From a bacterium (GTDB taxonomy: Bacteria > JADJOY01): a DNA stretch of 57,109 nucleotides. The stretch lies in the NCBI GenBank assembly GCA_046331705.1, contig JAXLQJ010000048.1, forward strand, positions 1 through 57,109, read 5' to 3'. The translations under genes and the position numbers were made by a program. Below are positions 1 through 8,186 of this stretch, piece after piece. How positions within the stretch are numbered: the first letter of the stretch is position 1; every line of letters begins with the position of its first letter. The notes beneath the pieces are model-generated. The model was not told where the DNA came from, did not search any database, and saw nothing but the letters and a program-made list of their open reading frames with translations.

Positions 1-1391
1 CGCGCGCCATCCGGGCGGGCGCGGGTACGCGCTCGCACCTCGATCCGACCGCCCTCGGGAGTGAACTTGATCGCATTGGAGAGCAGGTTTCCCAGCACCA
101 GCTTGAGCTTCTCCTCGTCGACGGCGACTCGACCCGGCACCGAAGGATCCACCGCCAACTCCACGCTCAGGCGCTTGTTCGAGATCAGCGGCGAGCACGA
201 ATCGACCACCGCGCGCAGCGTCGCCGCCAGATCCGTGGGCACGCGCGCGATCTCGATCTTGTCGGTCTCGAGCCGCGCCGACGTCAAGATCCCCTCGATC
301 AGCCGCAGCAGGTCCTGGCCGCTGCGGTGGATGAAGCCCACCTGCTTCTCTTGCTCGCCGTTGAGCGGGCCGCTGACCCGATCCCGCATCACGCCCGAGA
401 GCGTCAGGATCGAATGGATCGGGCTCTTGAGCTCGTGGGTCATGTTGGCGAGGAACTCGTTCTTGAGGCGCGTGGCCTCGAGGGCACGGCGGTGCTCGAC
501 CTCGAGCTCGTGGTGCTTGCTCTCGAGCTGCAAGGTGCGCTCGCGCACCAGCCGCTCGAGCGTGGTGGCGCGCGACGCGATCTCCCACAGCGCGACACCG
601 ATCACCAGCGCGAGCAACCCGCCGAGCCCCAGGATCAGCCAGCCCGGCGCGTTGTGGCGCGCGGCATCGGTGGTGGCGTACGGATGAACGGTCAGCACGA
701 TGCGCCGCGTGCCGACCTGGATCACCTTCTCGAGCGCGTAGCGGCCGTCGAAGCGCCGCTCGGCCTCGCCATCCACCAGTCGGAACACCGAGGCACCGCG
801 ATCGTCGATCAGCTCCGCGCCGAGGCGGTTGCGGAGCGCCTCGCTGAAGAGATCGCCGACGACCTCCTTCACCGACAGCACCGCGACCACGTAGCGGCCG
901 TGCTCGGCACCGCCGAGCTGCGCCGACGCGACGAAGCCGCGATTGCGCTCGGGCAGATCCACGATGCGCGTGAGACGCACCCCGAACCACGCCGGCTCCG
1001 CCGTCGCGATCCAGCTCGCCAAGAGGTCGGGCGAGAGCCCCACCCCGCCGTAGCGCTCGGGCTCGACGGCGAGCAGCCGTCCCACCTCGTCGGCGAGGAT
1101 CAGGGCCTCGAATCCGGTGCTCTGCGCGCGCAGACGCGAGGCGAAGACCCGGAACTGGTCGGCGTCCACGTTGCTGCCCGCGACGGCGGCCATCGCCGGA
1201 AACGAGGCGAGCGCCGCCAACCGCTCGCGCAGCGACGACTCGAAACGCAAGCGAAACTGATCGGCGGCGATGTCCGCGGTCGAGAGGAACTGCTCGACGA
1301 GCACCCGATTGGAGAACCGCCAGAACGCACCCGTCACCGCGAGCAGCGCGGTCACGATGGCGATCGCCCCGATCTGTCGCACCCGCCGCAT
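1..1391 (-). CDS. Membrane sensor histidine kinase (two TM helices around an extracytoplasmic CHASE/Cache-like region, HisKA, HATPase); runs off the left edge
   Basis: Not in the ORF track; translated by hand from ATG at 1391: MRRVRQIGAIAIVTALLAV..., second TM GWLILGLGGLLALVIGVALW, H-box EFLANMTHELKSP, N-box VLGNLLSNAIKFT. Confidence 0.9.
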   Translation of the reverse strand, partial: MRRVRQIGAIAIVTALLAVTGAFWRFSNRVLVEQFLSTADIAADQFRLRFESSLRERLAALASFPAMAAVAGSNVDADQFRVFASRLRAQSTGFEALILADEVGRLLAVEPERYGGVGLSPDLLASWIATAEPAWFGVRLTRIVDLPERNRGFVASAQLGGAEHGRYVVAVLSVKEVVGDLFSEALRNRLGAELIDDRGASVFRLVDGEAERRFDGRYALEKVIQVGTRRIVLTVHPYATTDAARHNAPGWLILGLGGLLALVIGVALWEIASRATTLERLVRERTLQLESKHHELEVEHRRALEATRLKNEFLANMTHELKSPIHSILTLSGVMRDRVSGPLNGEQEKQVGFIHRSGQDLLRLIEGILTSARLETDKIEIARVPTDLAATLRAVVDSCSPLISNKRLSVELAVDPSVPGRVAVDEEKLKLVLGNLLSNAIKFTPEGGRIEVRARTRARPDGA

Positions 1392-1454
1392 GATTCGCGA
1401 GCCTAGCAGGCTGCTTGCTCGGGGGGGTCGAGAATCCCCCGTGAAGCCATCGAC

Positions 1455-1943
1455 TCAGAGCTTGTAGCCGAAGCGCCGCAGCAGCTCGCGACGCGCGCGG
1501 GCGTCGTCGTCCGTCTCGACACCCGTGGGACTCGCGCCGTCGACCACACCCAGGATGCCGCGGCCGTTCGCCGTGCTCGCCACGATGACCTCGAGCGGGT
1601 TCGCGGTGGCGCAGAAGATCGAGCACACCTCCGGCACCTCGCGGATGGCGCGCAGCACGTGGATCGGGAACGCGCCGCGCAGGAACACGGCGAACGTGTG
1701 TCCGGCGCCGATCGCCAGCGCCGTCTGCTTCGCCAGCTCGACGAGATCCGCCGCGGTGCCGCTCAAGCGCACCAGACACGGGCCGGACGCCTCGCAGAAC
1801 GCGACGCCGAACTGGATTCCCGGCACCGAGCCCACCAGCGCTTCGTGAAGATCCTCGACGGTCTTGATGAAATGCGATTGCCCGAGGATCACGTTGACGC
1901 CCTCGGGCACGGCGACCGCCACCGCTTCCAGCGCGACGCTCAT
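1455..1943 (-). CDS. Adenosine-specific kinase family (DUF355-type) protein
   Basis: C-terminal 162 aa of ORF 1455..4154; family signatures NVILGQSHFIKTVEDL, FCEASGPCL, VPEVCSIFCATANP, GRGILGVVDG, RRFGYKL; ATG overlaps the upstream stop (ATGA). Confidence 0.88.
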   Translation of the reverse strand: MSVALEAVAVAVPEGVNVILGQSHFIKTVEDLHEALVGSVPGIQFGVAFCEASGPCLVRLSGTAADLVELAKQTALAIGAGHTFAVFLRGAFPIHVLRAIREVPEVCSIFCATANPLEVIVASTANGRGILGVVDGASPTGVETDDDARARRELLRRFGYKL

Positions 1944-4372
1944 GGTTTGGCCTCGCCGGCGGCGCCCACGGCCTTGTCGCGCTCGCGCATCACGATCTTG
2001 GCCAGCTCGTCGAGCCGCGCCGCGACCTTCGCGTAGAGCGTGCCCTCCGGATAGGAGCCGTCGGCCCGACGCTCGCCGGCGGGCAAGCCGGTGAGCAGCT
2101 CCAGCGCCTCCTCGACGCGCTCCACCGCGTAGATCGAGAACTGCCCCGCGCGCACGGCCTCGACCACGTCGGCGCGCAGCCCCAGGTGGCGGACGTTGCG
2201 ACGTGGCAGGATCACGCCCTGCTCGCCCGTGAGGCCCTGGCGGCGGCAGGTCTCGAAGAAGCCTTCGATCTTCTCGTTGGCGCCGCCGATCGGCTGGACC
2301 TCGCCGAGCTGGTTCACCGATCCCGTGATCGCGAGGCTCTGGCGGATGGGCACCTCGGCGAGGCTGGAGAGCACGGCCGCGAGCTCCGCGCACGCCGCGC
2401 TGTCGCCCTCGACCTCCGAGTACGCCTGCTCGAACGTGAGCGTGGCCGTGAGGGCGAACGGGTGCGTGCCCGCGAAGCGCCCCGCCAGATAGCCGGCGAG
2501 CGTCATCACTCCCTTGCTGTGGATGCTGCCGGCGAGATCGGCCTCGCGCTGGATGTCGATCACTCCCTTGGTGCCGACGTAGGTGCGCGCGGTGATGCGC
2601 GACGGCCGACCGAACGCGATGTCGCCCAAGAGGTGAACCGAGAGCCCGTTCACCTGGCCGACCACCGCACCGGCGACGTCCACCATCAACGTCCCTTCTT
2701 GGATCTCGTCCTGCACCCATTGCTCGGGAAAGCCCGAGCGGCGCCGCTTCCGCGCGATGGCCGCGTCGACGTCCGCGGCGCCCACGCGCTCGTGGCCCGC
2801 CTGCCGCGCCCAGAACGCCGCCTCGCGCACCACGTCCGCGAGCAGGTTGAGCCGCAGCGAGAGTCGGTCGTTGCGCTCGGCGAGGCGCATCGCGTGGCGC
2901 ACCAGCGCCGCGATCCCCGGCGCGTCGAAGTGCGGCAGGCTCTCTTCCTTCACCACCCGCGCCACCCAGCGCGCGTACTCGAGGTCGTGCTCGGCGGTGC
3001 GCGGCACGTCGGGCTCGAAGTCCGCCTTGACCTTGAAGATCTTGTGGAACTCCTCGTCGTACGCGAGCAGCAGCTGGTAGAGCATCGGCGGCCCGAGCAG
3101 CACCACCTTGAGCTCCACGGGCATGGGCTGCGGACGCAGCGACGAGGTGCTGAACCCGACGAACTCGGAGGGGTCCTCGATCACCAGCTCGCGCGTCTTG
3201 ATGACGCGACGGAGCGCCTCCCACGCGAACGGCTGGCGCAGCACCTCCATCGCGTTGAGCACCAGGAAACCGCCGTTGGCGCGTGCGCAGGCACCCGCCT
3301 TGATGTCGCCCAGCTCGGAGTAGACGACGCCGAACTGCGAGCGGCGCTCGATCTTCCCGATGACGTTCGCGTAGGTGGGATGAGGCTCTTCCACCACCGG
3401 CGCACCGCCGTCGGCGGCGTGCTCGACGACCAGGTTCACCTGATAGCGCGAGAGGTCCGCTTGCTTCCCGGGCAGCTCGAGCCCCGGCATGATCTGGGCC
3501 GATTCGCGCTTCAGGAAATCGCGGTAGCTCTGCTCGATGTCGGTGGCGAGCTGGGTCAGGAAATCGAGCACGTCGGGCAGCGCCGTGTAGATCTGGCGCA
3601 TCGCATCGAGCCGCGAGCGCGTGAGCTGGCGCACCACGCCGCGATCGAGGTCGCGCAAGGTGCGCTCGGCCTCGTGGTCGATGGCGTGGACGTTGGACTG
3701 GAGCTCGCGGATCCGGCCCTCGATCTCCTTGAGTCGCGCAGCGAAATCCGCCCGCTCGGTCTCCGAGAGCGCGGCGCGCTCCTCGTCCGTCATGGGGCGG
3801 CCGTCCTTGAGCGGAAAGAGCGAGAAGCCGATGGGCTCCTCCTCGAAGCCGAAGCCCCGCGAGCGCGCCAGCTCCGCGACCGCGCGGAACTCCGCCTTCT
3901 TGCGCGCCGTGAACTCCTCGAGCAGCCGCGCGCGGCCCTCGATGTACTTCGAGCTCTCGAACGCGACCGGCAGCTCGCGCTTGAGCATGTCGATCAACGC
4001 CTCGATGCCGCCCCGGAACGCCCGCCCCTGCCCCGCGGGAAACGCCAGACAGCGCGGCCGCGACGGGTCCTGCACGTTGTGGACGTAGCACCAATCGCGC
4101 GGCGCGGTGCGCCCGGCGGCGATCGCCTTCACCCGCTCCATCACGATCGTCCACTTGCCGGTGCCCACCGGCCCGGACGCGAACACGTTGAAGCCGGTGT
4201 CCCGCATGCTCAGCCCGAAGTCGAGCGCTTCGAGCGCCCGCTCCTGCCCGATCGGCCCCGCGAGCGGCTCGAGCTCGCGCGTGTCCAGGAAGCCGAAGGA
4301 AGTGGGATCCACCTCGGGCGCGAGCGCGGCGGGGTCGAGCTTGAATCGAGATTCCGCGGATGCTTCAGCCAT
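1940..4372 (-). CDS. Lon-like protease, LonC/AAA_32 type (peptidase S16)
   Basis: IGQERA, Walker A GPVGTGK, degenerate Walker B LVLNAMEVL as in LonC, Ser-Lys dyad VEGDSAA ... GGANEKIEGFF. Confidence 0.9.
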   Translation of the reverse strand: MAEASAESRFKLDPAALAPEVDPTSFGFLDTRELEPLAGPIGQERALEALDFGLSMRDTGFNVFASGPVGTGKWTIVMERVKAIAAGRTAPRDWCYVHNVQDPSRPRCLAFPAGQGRAFRGGIEALIDMLKRELPVAFESSKYIEGRARLLEEFTARKKAEFRAVAELARSRGFGFEEEPIGFSLFPLKDGRPMTDEERAALSETERADFAARLKEIEGRIRELQSNVHAIDHEAERTLRDLDRGVVRQLTRSRLDAMRQIYTALPDVLDFLTQLATDIEQSYRDFLKRESAQIMPGLELPGKQADLSRYQVNLVVEHAADGGAPVVEEPHPTYANVIGKIERRSQFGVVYSELGDIKAGACARANGGFLVLNAMEVLRQPFAWEALRRVIKTRELVIEDPSEFVGFSTSSLRPQPMPVELKVVLLGPPMLYQLLLAYDEEFHKIFKVKADFEPDVPRTAEHDLEYARWVARVVKEESLPHFDAPGIAALVRHAMRLAERNDRLSLRLNLLADVVREAAFWARQAGHERVGAADVDAAIARKRRRSGFPEQWVQDEIQEGTLMVDVAGAVVGQVNGLSVHLLGDIAFGRPSRITARTYVGTKGVIDIQREADLAGSIHSKGVMTLAGYLAGRFAGTHPFALTATLTFEQAYSEVEGDSAACAELAAVLSSLAEVPIRQSLAITGSVNQLGEVQPIGGANEKIEGFFETCRRQGLTGEQGVILPRRNVRHLGLRADVVEAVRAGQFSIYAVERVEEALELLTGLPAGERRADGSYPEGTLYAKVAARLDELAKIVMRERDKAVGAAGEAKP

Positions 4373-6293
4373 CGCTTCCTCGCTCTTCCATCCAGGGGCT
4401 CGCCAGGTCCGGCACGGTTGGCTTGGCCGATGGGGATCGTCGCGACAAGCCGGGGCCGGGCCCGAACTGAAGCCGGAAGTATCGGGCGTAGATGCCGTCG
4501 CGCGCGACCAGCTCGTCGTGGGTCCCTTGCTCCTTGAGCTCGCCGTGGGAGAGCACCAGGATCCGGTTCACGTCGCGAAGGGTCGTGAGTCGGTGGGCGA
4601 TCACCACGACCGTGCGGCCCTCGATGAGCCGGTTCGTGGCGCGCTTGATGACGTCCTCGGTGCGCGCGTCGATCTGGCTGGTCGCTTCGTCGAGCACCAG
4701 GATCGGCACGTCGAAGGCCAGCGCCCGCGCGAAGCTCACGAGCTGGCGCTCGCCCGCCGAGAGGTTGGAGCCGCGCTCGCGCACGCGGGTGTCGAGACCT
4801 TCGGGCAGCCGATCGAGGAGCTCGACCAGTCCCAGCGCGTCGGCCGCTGCGCGCGCGCGCTCGATGCCCACGGCGGGATCGCCGAGATGGATGTTCTCGA
4901 GGATCGTGCGCGAGAACAGGAACACGTCCTGGAGCACGATGCCGATGCGCCGGCGCAGCACGTCGAGGGGAAGCTCGCGAATGTCCACGCCGTCGATCTC
5001 GACCCGGCCCGCGCTCAGCGGATAGAGCCCGAGCAACAACCGCGCGACGGTCGTCTTGCCCGATCCGGTGGGGCCGACCAACGCGATCTTCTCGCCGCGC
5101 GCCACCTCGAAGTCGATGCCGCGCAGCACCTCGACTCCGTCGCGATAACCGAAGCGGACGGCGCGATAGGCGATCCTGGGCAGCGCGGCGCGCGGCGCGG
5201 TCACCACGGACGCCGCAGCCGGCACCGCCAGCGCGGGAGCACCCGCGGTCCCCGCCGCAACCACGCTCGGACCGATCGTCTCCGGCGCCTCGTCGAGAAG
5301 CGCGAAGATTCGCTCGCAGCTCGCCATCGCCGACTGCATCACGGCGTATTTCGCCGAGAGGTCGCGGATCGGCGCGAAGAACTTGTTCACGTACTCGAGG
5401 AACGCCACCAGCGTGCCGAACGTGATGAAGTGCTTGGCGATCCCCACGCCGCCGAACCACAAGAGCGCTGCACCCGCCAGCGTTCCCACCATCTCCACCA
5501 GCGAGAAGAGCAGCGCGTCCGACTGGATCGCGCCGAGCGCCGCGGCGCGGAAGCGCCGGTTGAGATCCTCGAAACCGCGCGAGCGCGCCTCCTCCTGGGC
5601 GAACGCCTGCGTGATCAGGAGACCCGCGAGGCTCTCGCTGACGTAGCCCGCGAGGTGCGCCATGGCGCGTCGGATCGCCCGATACGCGGTGCGCAAGCGC
5701 GCCCGCAAGACCAGCACCACCGGCACGAAGCACGGCACGATCGCGAAGGTGATGAGCGCCATCTTCCAGTCGAGCGCCAGCATCACCGTCATGATCCCGA
5801 CCAGCGTCACGATGTCGCCGAAGAGCGCGAACACGCCCGCCCCGAACATCTCCTGGACGCCATCCACGTCGTTGGTGATGCGCGCCAGCGTGCGCCCCTG
5901 CGGGTTGCGGTCGAAGTACGCGGCGGGCAAGCGCTGCACGTGCCGGAACAACGCGGCGCGCATGTCGCGCACCACGAGCTGACCGACCTGCTGCATGCTG
6001 ATCGTCTGCAGGTAGCGGGTGCCCATCTCGGCGACCAGCACCACCAGGAAGCCGAGCGCCACCCAGCCGAGACCGGCCAGATCCTTGGGCACGATCGCGC
6101 GGTCGATGGCGGTGCGCAGCAAGAGCGGCTGGGCCAGCTCGAACACCGTCACGAGCGGCAGCAGCGCGGTGGTGACGATCAACGTGCGGCGGTGGGGGTG
6201 CACGAAATCCCAGAGCCGGCGAAGCAGCCGCCCGTCGTAGGCGGAGACCACCCGATCGTCGGGCTCCTCGAACGCGGTGCCGTGGACGCTCAT
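4365..6293 (-). CDS. ABC exporter, fused permease/ATPase (MdlB-like half)
   Basis: TM domain, GPTGSGKT, LSAGERQ, LVLDEAT, IAHRL. Confidence 0.93.
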   Translation of the reverse strand: MSVHGTAFEEPDDRVVSAYDGRLLRRLWDFVHPHRRTLIVTTALLPLVTVFELAQPLLLRTAIDRAIVPKDLAGLGWVALGFLVVLVAEMGTRYLQTISMQQVGQLVVRDMRAALFRHVQRLPAAYFDRNPQGRTLARITNDVDGVQEMFGAGVFALFGDIVTLVGIMTVMLALDWKMALITFAIVPCFVPVVLVLRARLRTAYRAIRRAMAHLAGYVSESLAGLLITQAFAQEEARSRGFEDLNRRFRAAALGAIQSDALLFSLVEMVGTLAGAALLWFGGVGIAKHFITFGTLVAFLEYVNKFFAPIRDLSAKYAVMQSAMASCERIFALLDEAPETIGPSVVAAGTAGAPALAVPAAASVVTAPRAALPRIAYRAVRFGYRDGVEVLRGIDFEVARGEKIALVGPTGSGKTTVARLLLGLYPLSAGRVEIDGVDIRELPLDVLRRRIGIVLQDVFLFSRTILENIHLGDPAVGIERARAAADALGLVELLDRLPEGLDTRVRERGSNLSAGERQLVSFARALAFDVPILVLDEATSQIDARTEDVIKRATNRLIEGRTVVVIAHRLTTLRDVNRILVLSHGELKEQGTHDELVARDGIYARYFRLQFGPGPGLSRRSPSAKPTVPDLASPWMEERGSDG

Positions 6294-6300
6294 GCGGCAC

Positions 6301-8049
6301 TCATGCCAGGGCCTCGAGCTCGCGCTCCAGGCGACCCTTGCTGAGCAGCTCCGCGAAGAGCCCGCCCTTCGCCACCAGCGTCGCGTAGCTCCCCTGCTCC
6401 ACCAGCCGCCCGCGATCCAGCACCACGATGCGGTCCATGCCGCGGATCGCCTCCAGCCGATGGGTCACGAGGATCACCGTCTTGCCCGCGAGCTCCCGGT
6501 CGAGACCCGACAGGATCTCGTCCTCCGTGCCCGCATCGACTGCCGAGAACGGATCGTCGAGAAGCAACGCCGCCGGCGACGGCGCGAGCGCGCGGGCGAT
6601 CGCGAGCCGCTGGCGCTGCCCCACCGAGAGCTGGACCCCGCGCTCGCCCACGCGCGTGTCGTATCCGTCCGGCATGCGCGCCAGGTCGCCGGCGAATCCC
6701 ACGGTGCGAATCAGCGAATCGAGCCGCTCCGTGCCATCGCTCGCCGCACCCAGCTCGACGTTCTCGCGAACGGACGCGCTGAAGAGAAACGGTTCCTGGG
6801 GCGCGAAGCCGAAGCGCGCGCGGACCTCGGCGGGCGCCGCCTGCGTCACGTCGACCCCGTCGACGAAGACCGTGCCCGGCGCCACCTCCCAGAACCGCAT
6901 CAAGAGCCGGAGCAACGTCGACTTGCCCCCGCCAGTCGGTCCAACCACGGCGACGCGCTCGCCACGGGCGACCACCAGGCTCAGCTCCTCGAGCGCCGGC
7001 TCCGCCGCGCCGGGATAGCGAAACGTCAGATCGCGGATCTCGATCGTGCCACCGGCCCGCGGCAACGGCACCGGATTCGGCGGTGCCACCACCGCCGGCT
7101 CGGCATCGAGGATTTCCTTCACGCGCACCATCGCGCTGCGGCCGCGCTGGAAGATGCTGAGCATCCAGCCGAGGGCGAAGGTCGGCCAGATGAGCATGCC
7201 GACGTATCCCGCGAACGCCACCAGCCCACCCAGACTGAGGCGAGCGTGGATCACCATCCACCCGCCGCCCAGCAGCACCAGCAACGTGCCGAGGCCACCG
7301 ACCGTGGCCATCAGCGGGAACAGCACTCCCTGGGCGCGGATGTAGCCGACGCTCGCGGCGAAATGAGCGGCGTTGGCGCGTTCGAAGCGCTCGACTTCCG
7401 CGTCCTCCTGGGCGAACGCGCGCACCACGTCGCGGCCCGCGAGGTTCTCCTGGATGGCCTCGGTCAGCGCGCCGAGCCGTTCCTGCGACTCGCGGCTGCG
7501 ATCGTAGAGCCTCCCCACGAAGCGCTTCGCCGCGAGCCCGAGGATCGGAAACGGCAACAGCGTGAGGCCCGTGAGCAGCGGCGAGAGCGACAGCATCGCG
7601 AGCAGCGTCGCGCCGTAGATCACCACCGAGTTGAGCGCGTTGAGCAGGCCGGGCCCCAGCACCATCCGCACGCTCGCCAGGTCGTTCACGACTCGCGACA
7701 TCACGTCGCCGGTGGTGACGCGGTCGAAGAAGCTGGGCGTGAGCGCCTCCAGGCGGCGGAACACGTCGTTGCGCAGCGCGAACTCGACGTTTCGCCCCGC
7801 GCCGAAGACCGCGAAGCGCGAGCCGATCCGCAGCAGCGCTGCGAGCACGGCGAGCGCAGCGATCCAGCCCACCAGCATCGCGAGCCGACCGGTGCCCCGG
7901 CCACCGCCGAGGTCGTCGATCGCCGCCTTGAGCACCAGCGGCGTCGCCAGCGTCGCGAGGTTGGTCAGCGCGAGCAGCACCGCGCCGATCGCGAAGAGCT
8001 TGCGCTCTCGCAGGAAGTAGGGTTTCAGCGCGGCGAACAGCTCGAGCAT
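6301..8049 (-). CDS. ABC exporter, fused permease/ATPase (MdlA-like half, degenerate site)
   Basis: GPTGGGKST, LSVGQRQR, Walker B LLLDDPFSAVD (Asp in place of the catalytic Glu), typical of heterodimeric exporters. Confidence 0.93.
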   Translation of the reverse strand: MLELFAALKPYFLRERKLFAIGAVLLALTNLATLATPLVLKAAIDDLGGGRGTGRLAMLVGWIAALAVLAALLRIGSRFAVFGAGRNVEFALRNDVFRRLEALTPSFFDRVTTGDVMSRVVNDLASVRMVLGPGLLNALNSVVIYGATLLAMLSLSPLLTGLTLLPFPILGLAAKRFVGRLYDRSRESQERLGALTEAIQENLAGRDVVRAFAQEDAEVERFERANAAHFAASVGYIRAQGVLFPLMATVGGLGTLLVLLGGGWMVIHARLSLGGLVAFAGYVGMLIWPTFALGWMLSIFQRGRSAMVRVKEILDAEPAVVAPPNPVPLPRAGGTIEIRDLTFRYPGAAEPALEELSLVVARGERVAVVGPTGGGKSTLLRLLMRFWEVAPGTVFVDGVDVTQAAPAEVRARFGFAPQEPFLFSASVRENVELGAASDGTERLDSLIRTVGFAGDLARMPDGYDTRVGERGVQLSVGQRQRLAIARALAPSPAALLLDDPFSAVDAGTEDEILSGLDRELAGKTVILVTHRLEAIRGMDRIVVLDRGRLVEQGSYATLVAKGGLFAELLSKGRLERELEALA

Positions 8050-8186
8050 GGGTAACTATCTACCGTGGATCGTTCGCCGAGGGACACCGCCGACCCGAGG
8101 GATCCCAACCTTCCCAGCGCGTTCGACGCCGGGCAGCGCTCCGCCGCGACCACGCCTGACGTGGGGGCGATCGGCGCCAGCGACGC

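Noticed and set aside
1455-4154. 899-aa ORF as a single protein
   Set aside because: Only the last 162 aa are a recognisable family; the rest overlaps the LonC gene in another frame
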